A stretch of 34,297 nucleotides of DNA from Nitrosomonadales bacterium. GTDB taxonomy: Bacteria; Pseudomonadota; Gammaproteobacteria; Burkholderiales; Methylophilaceae. The stretch spans positions 1 through 34,297 of the forward strand of contig JABHXS010000130.1 in NCBI GenBank assembly GCA_018657165.1, in the 5' to 3' direction. Shown here piece by piece: positions 9,210-19,271 of this stretch. Within the stretch, counting starts at the first letter, position 1; each line of letters starts with the position of its first letter. Both the position numbers and the translations under genes were made by a program. Under the pieces are notes generated by a model that was not told the origin of the DNA, made no database searches, and saw nothing but the letters and a program-made list of their open reading frames with translations.

Positions 9210-10619
9210 ATGCAAATTTATACTGATAATGCCGTAAAAAATTTTTCGATAATGGCCGTCTTTTGGGCTGTTGTTGGATTACTCGTCGGGGTAATAATAT
9301 CTTCTCAGTTAATTTGGCCAGAACTCAATTTAGGTTTACCTTGGACTAGCTTTGGTAGATTAAGGCCCCTGCATACAAATGCTGTTATTTTTGCATTTGG
9401 TGGGTCAACCTTATTTGCAACCTCTTATTATATTGTTCAAAGAACATGCCAAACCAAGTTATTTGCACCAGGTTTAGCAAATTTTACTTTTTGGGGTTGG
9501 CAACTAGTCATCTTATTGGCTGCAATTACCCTTCCCCTGGGTTACACCTCAGGAAAGGAGTATGCCGAATTAGAATGGCCCATTGATATATTAATTACAA
9601 TTATTTGGGTGTGTTATGCAATTGTGTTTTTTGGCACAATTTCCAAAAGGAAAGTAAAGCATATATATGTTGCCAATTGGTTTTTTGGTGCTTTTATTAT
9701 TGCGGTTGCCCTCCTGCATGTTGTTAATAGTGCGGCGATTCCAGCAGGATTCTTTAAATCCTATTCTATTTATGCGGGAGTACAAGATGCAATGGTTCAA
9801 TGGTGGTATGGGCATAATGCGGTTGGTTTCTTCTTGACAGCTGGATTCTTGGGTATTATGTACTATTTTGTTCCCAAGCAAGCTAATAGGCCTGTCTATT
9901 CCTATAGCTTATCAATTGTACATTTCTGGGCGCTTATTTTTACATACATGTGGGCAGGCCCCCACCATTTACATTACACCGCCCTTCCAGACTGGACACA
10001 GTCTTTAGGAATGGTTTTTTCAATAATATTGCTTGCTCCAAGTTGGGGGGGGATGATTAATGGAATAATGACACTGTCTGGTGCGTGGGATAAATTAAAA
10101 ACTGACCCTATTTTAAGATTTATGATTGTCTCTTTATCTTTTTATGGAATGAGTACCTTTGAAGGGCCAATGATGGCTATAAAAACGGTTAATGCCCTAT
10201 CACATTACACTGAATGGACTATTGGTCATGTTCACTCAGGAGCATTAGGTTGGGTGGGAATGGTATCAATGGGAGCCCTATACTGTTTAATTCCAAAATT
10301 ATATGGGCAGAAAAATATGTACAGCACCAAACTCATAGAAATCCATTTTTGGATGGCCACAATAGGTATTGTATTTTATATCGCCGCCTTGTGGATTGCA
10401 GGTGTAATGGAAGGCTTAATGTGGAGAGAAATAGATCCTTTTGACGGCACACTGACCTATACATTTGCCGAGAGCGTAAAAGCCAAAACTCCATACTATA
10501 TGGCAAGGCTCTTTGGAGGTCTCCTTTATTTTGGAGGCATGTTGATTATGTTTTGGAACGTTATTAAAACAATACAAAATAAAAAACTAATAGCTTCTAA
10601 GATACCAGAAATAAGTTAA
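9210..10619 (+). CDS. ccoN: cbb3-type cytochrome c oxidase subunit I
   Basis: [38 protein letters not shown] and [13 protein letters not shown] heme/CuB ligand motifs. Confidence 0.98.
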   Translation: MQIYTDNAVKNFSIMAVFWAVVGLLVGVIISSQLIWPELNLGLPWTSFGRLRPLHTNAVIFAFGGSTLFATSYYIVQRTCQTKLFAPGLANFTFWGWQLVILLAAITLPLGYTSGKEYAELEWPIDILITIIWVCYAIVFFGTISKRKVKHIYVANWFFGAFIIAVALLHVVNSAAIPAGFFKSYSIYAGVQDAMVQWWYGHNAVGFFLTAGFLGIMYYFVPKQANRPVYSYSLSIVHFWALIFTYMWAGPHHLHYTALPDWTQSLGMVFSIILLAPSWGGMINGIMTLSGAWDKLKTDPILRFMIVSLSFYGMSTFEGPMMAIKTVNALSHYTEWTIGHVHSGALGWVGMVSMGALYCLIPKLYGQKNMYSTKLIEIHFWMATIGIVFYIAALWIAGVMEGLMWREIDPFDGTLTYTFAESVKAKTPYYMARLFGGLLYFGGMLIMFWNVIKTIQNKKLIASKIPEIS

Positions 10620-10636
10620 AAAAATAAAGGGGAAGC

Positions 10637-11254
10637 ATGTCAAATAAAAATAAATTTACGCATGAAAAAATTGAAACAAACAATTTTTTAATGATTGTTT
10701 TAATTTTTATTGTCATCCTATTCGCTGGAATTGTAGAAATTATCCCCCTTTACTTTCAAAAAAATATGCTTCAACCCGTAAAGGGATTAAAGCCGTATAA
10801 GCCTCTCGCATTAATAGGGCGAAGCATTTATGTCAGAGAAGGCTGTTATACATGTCACTCTCAAATGATTAGACCATTTAGAGCTGAAACATTAAGGTAT
10901 GGGCATTATTCATTGGCAGGTGAGTTTGTTTACGACCATCCATTTCAATGGGGTAGCAAAAGAACAGGGCCAGATCTTGCACGAGTAGGAAAGAAATATA
11001 GCAATAATTGGCATCAGATCCACCTTACCAACCCAAGAGATGTCGTGCCAGAATCTATTATGCCAGCCTACCCTTGGTTAAATGACACCCCTGCCTCAGA
11101 TGGCTCTATTCAAACAAAAATGAAAGCGTTAAAAATGATAGGCGTTCCATATACTGAGGAGGAGATTCAAAAGTCACCTGAAGCATTAATAAATAAATCT
11201 GAAATGGATGCGCTTATTACTTATTTACAATCTCTTGGTATTCACGTGAGGTAA
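10637..11254 (+). CDS. ccoO: cbb3-type cytochrome c oxidase subunit II
   Basis: REGCYTCHSQMIRP (CxxCH), WGSKRTGPDLARVG, SIMPAYPWL. Confidence 0.98.
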   Translation: MSNKNKFTHEKIETNNFLMIVLIFIVILFAGIVEIIPLYFQKNMLQPVKGLKPYKPLALIGRSIYVREGCYTCHSQMIRPFRAETLRYGHYSLAGEFVYDHPFQWGSKRTGPDLARVGKKYSNNWHQIHLTNPRDVVPESIMPAYPWLNDTPASDGSIQTKMKALKMIGVPYTEEEIQKSPEALINKSEMDALITYLQSLGIHVR

Positions 11255-11392
11255 ATGGATATGGAAATTCTAAGATCATCTTTAACAATAATATTTCTAA
11301 TTATTTTTATACTAATTATTCTATATGCATGGCGAAAAAGGAAAAGTAGGGATTTCAAAAATGCATCTAAATTACCCCTAAAGGACGAATAA
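11255..11392 (+). CDS. ccoQ: cbb3-type cytochrome c oxidase subunit IV (45 aa, not in ORF track)
   Basis: Manual translation MDMEILRSSLTIIFLIIFILIILYAWRKRKSRDFKNASKLPLKDE; exactly fills the ccoO-ccoP gap; F..AS.LPL.DE tail. Confidence 0.93.
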   Translation: MDMEILRSSLTIIFLIIFILIILYAWRKRKSRDFKNASKLPLKDE

Positions 11393-12298
11393 ATGCTTGG
11401 TGAATTTAATAATTACTTTTGGCCCGTCTTGGTGGCATCAATAACGATTATTGGAATTATTGGTTGCTATGTTCTCCTAAAATTAACTGGAAAAAAAGGA
11501 CCTGAAAATGATGACAATTCTACAAGTGGTCATGTTTGGGATGGGGACTTAGAAGAAGAAAATAACCCCCTTCCTCGATGGTGGGTTGGATTGTTTGTTA
11601 TTACTATAATTTGGGGCCTTATATACTTAGCTCTTTATCCAGGGTTAATACTTACGGATGGTTATCTAAAATGGTCACAATTAGGACAATATCAAGATGA
11701 GGTAAAAGATGCTGATAAAAAATTTGCTGCTATGTATAAAGATTTTGGACAAATGGATTTAGAGCAATTTATTAATAACCGTAAAGCAAAAAAAATTGGT
11801 AAAAAGATTTTTTTGAATAATTGCGCTCAGTGTCATGGATCTGATGCAAGAGGCACAACTAGCTTTCCAAATTTAACAGACCACGATTGGCTGTACGGTG
11901 GCAAAATGATAGATATAAAAAGCTCTATAACAAATGGTCGAAATGGTGTTATGCCTGCCCTAGCCTCTATAGGAACAAAAAAAGATTTATGGGATATTGC
12001 TCATTATGTAAAAAGCCTATCGGATAGCAAGCACCATCCCATGAAGGCCTTGAGGGGCAAAGAAAAGTTTGGTATATGCGCCTCATGCCATGGGGCTGAC
12101 GGCAAAGGCAATCAAAGCATTGGTGCACCAAATCTTACAGACCATATTTGGCTCCATGGAGAGAGTTTTGAGGGAATAGTCCATAGAATAACGTATGGTA
12201 TTAACAACGAGATGCCAGCATGGAATGATAGACTTACCCCAGAACAGATTCATTTAGTCTCTTTATATACAAGAATGCTATCAAAAGACAATCATTAA
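11393..12298 (+). CDS. ccoP: cbb3-type cytochrome c oxidase subunit III (diheme)
   Basis: GHVWDGDLEEENNPLPRWW; CAQCH and CASCH heme motifs; PNLTD.WL.G appears twice. Confidence 0.97.
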   Translation: MLGEFNNYFWPVLVASITIIGIIGCYVLLKLTGKKGPENDDNSTSGHVWDGDLEEENNPLPRWWVGLFVITIIWGLIYLALYPGLILTDGYLKWSQLGQYQDEVKDADKKFAAMYKDFGQMDLEQFINNRKAKKIGKKIFLNNCAQCHGSDARGTTSFPNLTDHDWLYGGKMIDIKSSITNGRNGVMPALASIGTKKDLWDIAHYVKSLSDSKHHPMKALRGKEKFGICASCHGADGKGNQSIGAPNLTDHIWLHGESFEGIVHRITYGINNEMPAWNDRLTPEQIHLVSLYTRMLSKDNH

Positions 12299-12300
12299 AA

Positions 12301-13680
12301 ATGAGGGAAAAAGTAATATCCCTTTATCAATCAGAAAAGAAAATATACCCGCGCGAGATATTAGGTTTTTATGCAAAGTGGCGCTGGTTTTTTGTTTGGT
12401 TAACTCAAATTATTTTCTACCTAACTCCATGGATCGAATGGGGCGGTAGACAGGCTATATTATTCGATATAGCGAGCAGAAGATTTTATATCTTTAAGCA
12501 TGTATTTTATCCCCAAGACCTTATATATTTAAGTGTAATCCTAATTATATGCGCACTTGGTTTATTCCTCTTCACTACATTAGCAGGCAGAATATGGTGC
12601 GGCCTTGCTTGTCCACAAACAGTTTATACAGAAATATTTTTATGGATTGAGTCAAAAGTAGAAGGTAATTTTACAAAAAGAGGAAGGTTGGATAAATCAA
12701 ACTGGAGCCTAAAAAAAATACTTATTAAGTTTCAAAAGCATTTTATCTGGGTCATATTTTCCATTTGGACTGGCTTTACGTTCGTAGGCTTTTTTACACC
12801 CATAAAAATATTATTCATTGAATCTATTGGACTTTCAATTTCGGGATGGCCGCTTTTCTGGACAATATTTTATGGTTTCTTAACTTACTTTAATGCAGGA
12901 TTTATGCGGGAGCAGGTGTGCAAATATATGTGTCCATACGCTAGATTTCAGAGTGCCATGTTTGATAAAAATACTCTTTCTATGATTTATGATAGTGATA
13001 GAGGCGAGCCAAGAAAAGGAGTTAGCAATAAGTCTCAGGGTGATTGTATAGATTGCAATATATGTGCACAAGTTTGTCCAAATGGGATTGACATCAGAGA
13101 CGGCCTTCAATATGAGTGTATATTTTGTGGGCTATGTGCTGATGCATGCGACAGCGTAATGAAAAAAATTAATAGGCCAGCAAACTTGATCTCTTACACC
13201 ACTCCGTACATGTTGCGGAATAATTTATCAATCACAAAAAAAATAAAAATTTTTTTTCGGCCAAGAATAATCATTTATAGTTTAATTTTATTGATTGTAA
13301 TAGGTTTGTTTTTGTATAAATTAAATAATAGGTATGATTTCAAGCTTAATGTAATCCATGATCGAGGTATTCTGTCTCGAGTAGATAGCAATAATATGTT
13401 GGAAAATGTTTATCGTTTAAAAATAATGAATGCAGGTCTAAATCGAGATGGGTACAAACTTGGGGTTGATGGTCTCCCCAGAATAAAGATTGATGACAAA
13501 TCAATGAAAAACCTAGAAATCCAACTTGATCCAACCGAAGCTGACACGTTTATAGTAACCGTTGAGGTACCCATTAATTCACAAAAACCCGGAAAATACC
13601 CAATAAACTTTCTTTTGAGAAAGGAAGGAAGTGATAATGTAATTTTCGAAAAATCTATTTTTGTAGTACCAGAAAAATGA
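12301..13680 (+). CDS. ccoG: cbb3 accessory protein CcoG (membrane Fe-S protein, cupric reductase family)
   Basis: GRIWCGLACPQTV, REQVCKYMCPY.RFQS.M.D, and CIDCNICAQVCP...CIFCGLCADAC ferredoxin motifs. Confidence 0.96.
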   Translation: MREKVISLYQSEKKIYPREILGFYAKWRWFFVWLTQIIFYLTPWIEWGGRQAILFDIASRRFYIFKHVFYPQDLIYLSVILIICALGLFLFTTLAGRIWCGLACPQTVYTEIFLWIESKVEGNFTKRGRLDKSNWSLKKILIKFQKHFIWVIFSIWTGFTFVGFFTPIKILFIESIGLSISGWPLFWTIFYGFLTYFNAGFMREQVCKYMCPYARFQSAMFDKNTLSMIYDSDRGEPRKGVSNKSQGDCIDCNICAQVCPNGIDIRDGLQYECIFCGLCADACDSVMKKINRPANLISYTTPYMLRNNLSITKKIKIFFRPRIIIYSLILLIVIGLFLYKLNNRYDFKLNVIHDRGILSRVDSNNMLENVYRLKIMNAGLNRDGYKLGVDGLPRIKIDDKSMKNLEIQLDPTEADTFIVTVEVPINSQKPGKYPINFLLRKEGSDNVIFEKSIFVVPEK

Positions 13681-13856
13681 AAACAAAAAAAAATATATAT
13701 TTATGGTTAATTATTGCTGGCCCTACTATTGTGGTGATCGCTTGTATAGCAACTATATATATAGCTCTCAAAAATCCTAATATCGTAATTGAGGGCTACC
13801 AAAATGATGGAGGTAATCGACCAGCAAATATAAGGTCAGAAGTTAAAAGTAATTAA
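13677..13856 (+). CDS. ccoH: Short CcoH/FixH-like membrane protein (59 aa, not in ORF track)
   Basis: ATGA overlap with the ccoG stop; MKTKKNIYLWLIIAGPTIVVIACIATIYIALKNPNIVIEGY... carries the FixH N-terminal W.II.GP..VV.A...T..IA motif; its stop overlaps the fnr stop (TTAA). Confidence 0.8.
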   Translation: MKTKKNIYLWLIIAGPTIVVIACIATIYIALKNPNIVIEGYQNDGGNRPANIRSEVKSN

Positions 13857-14572
13857 GTCTGGCAGGAAATTAAATTTTCTTTAAGCTTATTAATATCAAT
13901 AATTTTAATTAATTTACTGTGAATCTTAATAACCCCCATAGATTCTAATTTACGTAATGTTCTACTTACAGTCTCTATAGTTAGGTCAACATAAGAACCA
14001 ATTTCACTCCTAGTCATTCTTAGTATAAAATGGTTTTCAGATTGGTTCCTCATTTTAAAACGCTGGCCTAAATTTAACAGAAATGTTGAAATTTTTTGTT
14101 CAGCATTCATTGAACTCATTGAAATTGAAAGATTATTATTTCTCACAATCTCTGTACTTAAAATTTTCTGAAGGCAGTTCTGGAGAGGGTGAAAGGTTTG
14201 TGAGATTTCGTCGATTCTATTTTTTTCAATAACACAAATCTCAGAGTCATGCAGGGCGACCACACTTGATTCATATTTGTTATTTGCAAACCCATCAAGC
14301 CCCAATAACTCTCCGGACATATTAAAACCTAATATTTTTTCCTCTCCCTGGCTGTTGGTGATTGCGGTTTTTAAAAAACCCACCCGGACTGCATAGATTG
14401 AATTGAACTCATCACCTTGTCTATACAGATATTCTTTTTTTCTTACCTTTATCTTAGTTTTAACCAATACATCAAGCTGGGTCATATCAGCATCTGTTAT
14501 CTCCATTGGAAAACATAGCTCTCTAACTGAGCAATCAGAGCATTTCTCCTTAATTTTTTGATCTTCAGCCAT
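13853..14572 (-). CDS. fnr: O2-sensing Crp/Fnr regulator FNR ([4Fe-4S] type)
   Basis: CSDCSVRELC (Cx2Cx5C), fourth Cys in SEICVI, and HTH MTRSEIGSYVDLTIETVSR with the E..SR DNA-recognition residues. Confidence 0.95.
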   Translation of the reverse strand: MAEDQKIKEKCSDCSVRELCFPMEITDADMTQLDVLVKTKIKVRKKEYLYRQGDEFNSIYAVRVGFLKTAITNSQGEEKILGFNMSGELLGLDGFANNKYESSVVALHDSEICVIEKNRIDEISQTFHPLQNCLQKILSTEIVRNNNLSISMSSMNAEQKISTFLLNLGQRFKMRNQSENHFILRMTRSEIGSYVDLTIETVSRTLRKLESMGVIKIHSKLIKIIDINKLKENLISCQT

Positions 14573-14595
14573 TAGTAAATAATTTTATATTGGAT

Positions 14596-14609
14596 TTGAT
14601 ATAAATCAA
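14596..14609. promoter_or_regulatory. FNR box between fnr and hemN
   Basis: TTGATATAAATCAA; GATAAT at 14631-14636 for hemN; the box is 24-37 bp upstream of the fnr ATG. Confidence 0.88.
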
Positions 14610-14666
14610 TAAATTTATTTTATATGTTTGGATAATAAAATATATACTTTTTAAATAAAAAATCCA

Positions 14667-16049
14667 TTGATAAAAACAATTATAGAGAAAGAAATATTAA
14701 ATAAATATGAGGTTAAAGGCCCGAGATATACCTCATATCCAACCATAAATAACTTTAATGATGTTCTTGGTAATGAAAATAAATCATTAACTAAGATGCT
14801 TAAGTTCTTTGGCCATATCAAAGCTCAAAAACCCATATCACTTTATGTTCACATCCCATTTTGTGACTCTCTATGCTATTACTGTGCTTGTAATAAAATA
14901 ATTACTAAGAATAAAAGCCATGCGGACATATATTTAGATTACATTCAGAAAGAATGGGAGCTGTATAAAAATATCTTTCATAGTGAAATTGAAATAAACA
15001 GCTTGCATTTGGGAGGCGGTACTCCCACATTTTTAACAAATGAGCAATTAAGAAAATTAATATCAATATTCAATCCTCACTCAACTTCTCAAAAAATAGA
15101 GAGATCCATTGAAATTGACCCAAGGACTGTTAATAAAGAAAGGTTGCGACTAATAAGAGATTTAGGATTTAATCGTATAAGCTTTGGCGTACAAGATTTA
15201 GATATTTCTGTTCAAAGAGTGGTTAATAGAGAGCAAAGCTACGAAGAAATTTGTAGCTTGATATCAGCTGCAAAAAAAGAGAAGTTTCACTCTATTAATA
15301 TAGATCTTATTTATGGCCTTCCACTACAAACAAAAAAATCTTTTTCTACTACCCTAAAAAAAATTATAGGATTAAAACCAGATAGAATTGCTCTCTATTC
15401 ATACGCACATCTTCCTAAAATTTTTAAATCTCAACGAAGTATTGAGTCGGATGGCATACCATCATCCAATGAAAAAATTAGTATGCTAGAGAATGCTATT
15501 GATTATTTTAATGATGCCGGATATGAATATATTGGAATGGATCATTTTGCACTTCCTCATGATGAAATTTCAATGGCAAAAAAACAAGGCAGGTTGTTTA
15601 GAAATTTTCAAGGCTACACTTTACATAATGACAACATCGTTGGCCTGGGCGCATCGTCAATTAGTCAATATGATTCATATTACTATCAAAATGAAAAAAA
15701 TATTAAGAGCTATTACAGTTCCATTGATAATAATAAAGTACCAATAACAAAATTATTCTCTCTCAACAAAGATGATCTTTTACGTCGTGAAGTAATAATG
15801 AAATTAATGTGCCAGGGTTTTATTGATTTTAAGGAACTAGAAAATATTTATAACATTTATTTTCATCAATACTTTAACTATGAACTAAAATTACTTGATG
15901 AATTTCAAAAAGATAAATTGGTAAAAGCCTCTAAAGATTCAATTACCATAACAAAAAAAGGTTGGTATTTTATTCGGTCAATTGCAATGGTTTTTGATTC
16001 ATACCTAAGATCATCCCAAGATCTTAGCCGTTTCTCAAAAGTCTTCTAA
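14667..16049 (+). CDS. hemN: Oxygen-independent coproporphyrinogen III oxidase (radical SAM)
   Basis: GPRYTSYPT, YVHIPFCDSLCYYCAC (CxxxCxxC), GGGTPT, IGMDHFA, RNFQGY and RFSKV C-terminus; TTG start. Confidence 0.96.
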   Translation: MIKTIIEKEILNKYEVKGPRYTSYPTINNFNDVLGNENKSLTKMLKFFGHIKAQKPISLYVHIPFCDSLCYYCACNKIITKNKSHADIYLDYIQKEWELYKNIFHSEIEINSLHLGGGTPTFLTNEQLRKLISIFNPHSTSQKIERSIEIDPRTVNKERLRLIRDLGFNRISFGVQDLDISVQRVVNREQSYEEICSLISAAKKEKFHSINIDLIYGLPLQTKKSFSTTLKKIIGLKPDRIALYSYAHLPKIFKSQRSIESDGIPSSNEKISMLENAIDYFNDAGYEYIGMDHFALPHDEISMAKKQGRLFRNFQGYTLHNDNIVGLGASSISQYDSYYYQNEKNIKSYYSSIDNNKVPITKLFSLNKDDLLRREVIMKLMCQGFIDFKELENIYNIYFHQYFNYELKLLDEFQKDKLVKASKDSITITKKGWYFIRSIAMVFDSYLRSSQDLSRFSKVF

Positions 16050-16053
16050 GTAT

Positions 16054-16719
16054 ATGGAGGCATTATTTGGGTCTATAGTAATAAGCGGTTTATTGATGGG
16101 GTTTTTTGGAGGACCTCACTGTATTGCAATGTGTGGTGGAGTTTGTAACTTTTTTATTAATCAATCTAAATCCAAATTTTTTTTATTCCAGCTAGGTAGA
16201 TTGTTAGGTTATGGGCTATTAGGTTTTGTTGCTGCACTTACTTTAAATAGCATTTATGAGTTTTTTCAATACTCCTTATATCTTCGTCCGATTAGAATTT
16301 TTTTTCATTTATCTATAATCATATGGGGAGGTTATTTAATAATCTATCTTCAACAACCTCCCGTGTTTAAAACATTCTCTGTAAATTCAAGTAGGCTTTT
16401 AAATACATTAAAGTTTCATAATATTAATCCTTTCATTTTAGGAATCCTTTGGTCATTAATGCCCTGCGCTCTTTTATACACAGCGCTTATTATGGCAACA
16501 ATGGCCTCATCAGCAGCACAAGGATTTTTCATCATGATAGCTTTTGGAGTAGGTACATTATTTGCTCTCATTAGCCTCTCTTTTATTTGGATTATATTTA
16601 AAAATAAAGCTAAATCATATGAGGGGATTTGTATTCGTTTTGCTGGAATTATTTTAGTAACATGTTCAATTTGGGGCATGCTTATGACATTAAAACTGGA
16701 TAAGAATTTGTTTTGCTAG
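16054..16719 (+). CDS. DsbD_2 / TauE-SafE-like membrane protein, commonly found near cco genes
   Basis: GGPHCIAMCGG, GR..GY..LG, MPCALLY and M..FG.GT motifs; about six hydrophobic segments. Confidence 0.85.
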   Translation: MEALFGSIVISGLLMGFFGGPHCIAMCGGVCNFFINQSKSKFFLFQLGRLLGYGLLGFVAALTLNSIYEFFQYSLYLRPIRIFFHLSIIIWGGYLIIYLQQPPVFKTFSVNSSRLLNTLKFHNINPFILGILWSLMPCALLYTALIMATMASSAAQGFFIMIAFGVGTLFALISLSFIWIIFKNKAKSYEGICIRFAGIILVTCSIWGMLMTLKLDKNLFC

Positions 16720-16946
16720 CTCGATAGAGAAAAAATCTCAAAGCCAAAAATTCTCGTAGACATCACCTAGGTCATAAATATAACTTTTGTTTATTTATAT
16801 TAAAATGTCTCCACACCGAGAATCTATACCAAAGCCTGCAATATAGACCCAATTACAATAATTGCTATAAACATCATAATCAAAAAGCTCAAACTCAAAC
16901 CAAGCTGCCCAGCTCTCCAATCACAAAATAATTCATTTAAACTAAA

Positions 16947-17450
16947 TTAAATCTTTAAGAATGCCAAAAGTTTATTGGCACTTTCATCTGCAACTACAGG
17001 TAAGTTCTTTTGATCTAGAAGCCCTATCTGAACCAAGACACTAGCTTGATCCCAATAAATATGTTCATGTGTTAACTTTTTATCTTTTATTCCTGCAATG
17101 ACTACAACAGCCATTTTTACTTTTTTATTCGTGGGCTCGATATTAGGCAAACACCAATCGACTTTCTTTGTATGAGTGAAGCAGATAACCAACTCCTCTA
17201 CAATTTGTTCCTTACCTATTGTCAGTGAAATTCTATTAAACTCAACATCAGGTGGAAAAAATTTTCCAACCAGATGATCCTTGTAAAAGGTTTTGACCCC
17301 CTCATAATCATCCCCACCCATCATATTAGGGATATTTAATAAATGTGGATCCTTTGTCATTGTTGCCATCGTAAGCTCTAGGTCTCCCCTCATTTCGGCA
17401 TCCACATGTTTCTCAAGTAGATTTAGCATTCCTTCTTCAAAATCATTCAT
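16947..17450 (-). CDS. SnoaL/NTF2-like (ester cyclase family) protein
   Basis: H..AE...DL..TM.TM..DP and EHIYWDQASVLVQIGLLD...LPV motifs; AAGGAA SD upstream. Confidence 0.8.
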   Translation of the reverse strand: MNDFEEGMLNLLEKHVDAEMRGDLELTMATMTKDPHLLNIPNMMGGDDYEGVKTFYKDHLVGKFFPPDVEFNRISLTIGKEQIVEELVICFTHTKKVDWCLPNIEPTNKKVKMAVVVIAGIKDKKLTHEHIYWDQASVLVQIGLLDQKNLPVVADESANKLLAFLKI

Positions 17451-17527
17451 TTTGCTTACATTCCTTTTAAGTTTTTTTTAAATGATACTAATTCTGCATT
17501 TTAATACTTAAATTGAATTTGATAGCA

Positions 17528-18010
17528 TTAAATAAAAGGATTTTTCTTTCTAAATGTTGCAACGCCTAATGCAACAGTTAATAGAATTAAAGAATTGAAA
17601 AAAATAGGAGTAATGACAAACATATAACCTAACTCGTTTATTGCCACACCGCCAATCACGGCCGTTATTGCAGTGGCGCCACCTGGTGGATGCATACATC
17701 TTCCGAAATACATTGCAATCATTGAAAATGGAATCGAAAGAGACGCTGCAAGCAATTCATTTGGAATAAATTGATAGCAACTAACCCCAACAATGGCAGA
17801 AAATGTATGGCCACCCACTAAATTCCATGGTCTAGAAACAGGGCTATCGGGTAGACCCAAAACAACCATTGCAGAAGCGCCAGTTGAAGCAATAATGATT
17901 GGTGTACCACTATTATTTAACAGTATTAAATCAGAGAAAAAGCCGGCAGCAATAACGGTTACAAAAGCTCCAACAGAGGCAATAATAAATTCATAATCTT
18001 TTCTAGTCAT
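17528..18010 (-). CDS. HPP-family membrane protein (putative nitrite transporter), no CBS domains
   Basis: STGASAMVV..LPDSPVSRPWNLVGGH and MHPPGGATA; 38 bp downstream of narI. Confidence 0.9.
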   Translation of the reverse strand: MTRKDYEFIIASVGAFVTVIAAGFFSDLILLNNSGTPIIIASTGASAMVVLGLPDSPVSRPWNLVGGHTFSAIVGVSCYQFIPNELLAASLSIPFSMIAMYFGRCMHPPGGATAITAVIGGVAINELGYMFVITPIFFNSLILLTVALGVATFRKKNPFI

Positions 18011-18048
18011 TTTTAGTTACATCCCATTAAGCAATGAAAATTAATAGC

Positions 18049-18741
18049 CTATAAAAATTTTCTTTTGCTTCTTACTACTTGGTGAGGTCTATTTAGATAT
18101 GTAAATGGTGCACTCCAGATATGAACTAGCCTAGTAAAAGGAAAAACAAGAAAAACAGTCAAACCAAAAAACATATGAATCTTAAAAACTGTATCAACAT
18201 TTGCAAGCAATTCTGGTTGAGGGTTAAATGTAACAATACTCTTTACCCAATCTGATAATAAAATCATAACACTTGGATCCCCATGATTGTAATGGCCGAA
18301 AGAGACGGGAATGGTAGAAAGTCCAATAATTAATGTAATTAACAACCAACTTAAAATAAATTTATCTGATTTACGGCTTGCCTTTGAAACTCTTTTATTT
18401 AACATCCTTCTAAACCAGAGAATCAAGGCCCCAAAAAGAGCGATTACTCCAAAGATTGATCCCGCCACTATTGCTACAATCTGATGGGTCATATCTGACA
18501 CACCAAGTGCTAAAAATATACCGTGTGGGGTTAGAAGGCCGACTAAGTGACCGCCAAATATAGCTAATATTCCAACATGAAATAAATTACTTCCTAGTCT
18601 GAGGTATTTTTTTGAAAGCAACTGGCTTGAATCACTTTTCCAGCTATACTGATCTCTATCGAATCTAATAAGACTTCCTAGAAAAAAAATACTCAATGCT
18701 ATATATGGGTATATACCAAATAAGAAATTTTCAATATTCAT
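18049..18741 (-). CDS. narI: Respiratory nitrate reductase gamma subunit (di-heme b)
   Basis: FGIYPY, RFDRDQYSWKSDSSQLL; four His ligands (LFHVG, GHLVG, KIHMF, LVHIWS); TAATG overlap with narJ. Confidence 0.97.
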   Translation of the reverse strand: MNIENFLFGIYPYIALSIFFLGSLIRFDRDQYSWKSDSSQLLSKKYLRLGSNLFHVGILAIFGGHLVGLLTPHGIFLALGVSDMTHQIVAIVAGSIFGVIALFGALILWFRRMLNKRVSKASRKSDKFILSWLLITLIIGLSTIPVSFGHYNHGDPSVMILLSDWVKSIVTFNPQPELLANVDTVFKIHMFFGLTVFLVFPFTRLVHIWSAPFTYLNRPHQVVRSKRKFL

Positions 18742-19262
18742 TAAGCTTCTCCTAATTTTATAAGTCTTGATCTCTTCTCAATAATAGAAACTAAGCCAGA
18801 GTAATGCTTTGATACTTTTTTAAGATTTTCTTCCAATACCTTTAATACTTTATTCGCATGGGATAGAAAGGCATTTGATTCATCACCCTCTAATGAATTT
18901 GCAAATTCTAAGAGAAGCGGAAGGTAATCAGGAAGTTCATTTGTTGTTTTAATGAAGCCATATTCTTCATAAAGCTGTTCAAGGTCTATTAGTGCTGGGC
19001 CACGATTTTTATCATCTCCAAATAAATGATGTGTCAAATATAGACTATGTTCAGCATTCATATCAAAAATTTTTACATACTCTCCCTGTAGCTCTATCAA
19101 TGATTTATTTTCTATATTCTCTAAATAATCCATAATGATTTTTTTTTCATCTTTTTTTAATGATGTTGATTGATTAATATAGTTATAAAACTCAGGTACA
19201 TTGTCCATAAAGTCTTTATTGGGGTAATCTAAAAATACCGATAAAAGCTTATAATCGTTCAT
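18741..19262 (-). CDS. narJ: Nitrate reductase chaperone (delta subunit)
   Basis: LLSVFLDYP, YVKIFD, SLYLTHHLFGDDKNRGPAL, ELPDYLPLLLEF. Confidence 0.93.
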   Translation of the reverse strand: MNDYKLLSVFLDYPNKDFMDNVPEFYNYINQSTSLKKDEKKIIMDYLENIENKSLIELQGEYVKIFDMNAEHSLYLTHHLFGDDKNRGPALIDLEQLYEEYGFIKTTNELPDYLPLLLEFANSLEGDESNAFLSHANKVLKVLEENLKKVSKHYSGLVSIIEKRSRLIKLGEA

Positions 19263-19271
19263 ATTTTTTAC

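Noticed and set aside
13490-13504. TTGAT-GACAA-ATCAA inside ccoG
   Set aside because: The spacer is 5 nt rather than 4 and the site is intragenic, so it is not a canonical FNR box.
17519-17532. TTGATAGCATTAAA upstream of the SnoaL-like gene as an FNR box
   Set aside because: Two mismatches including the key C, and it overlaps the HPP stop; too weak in AT-rich DNA.
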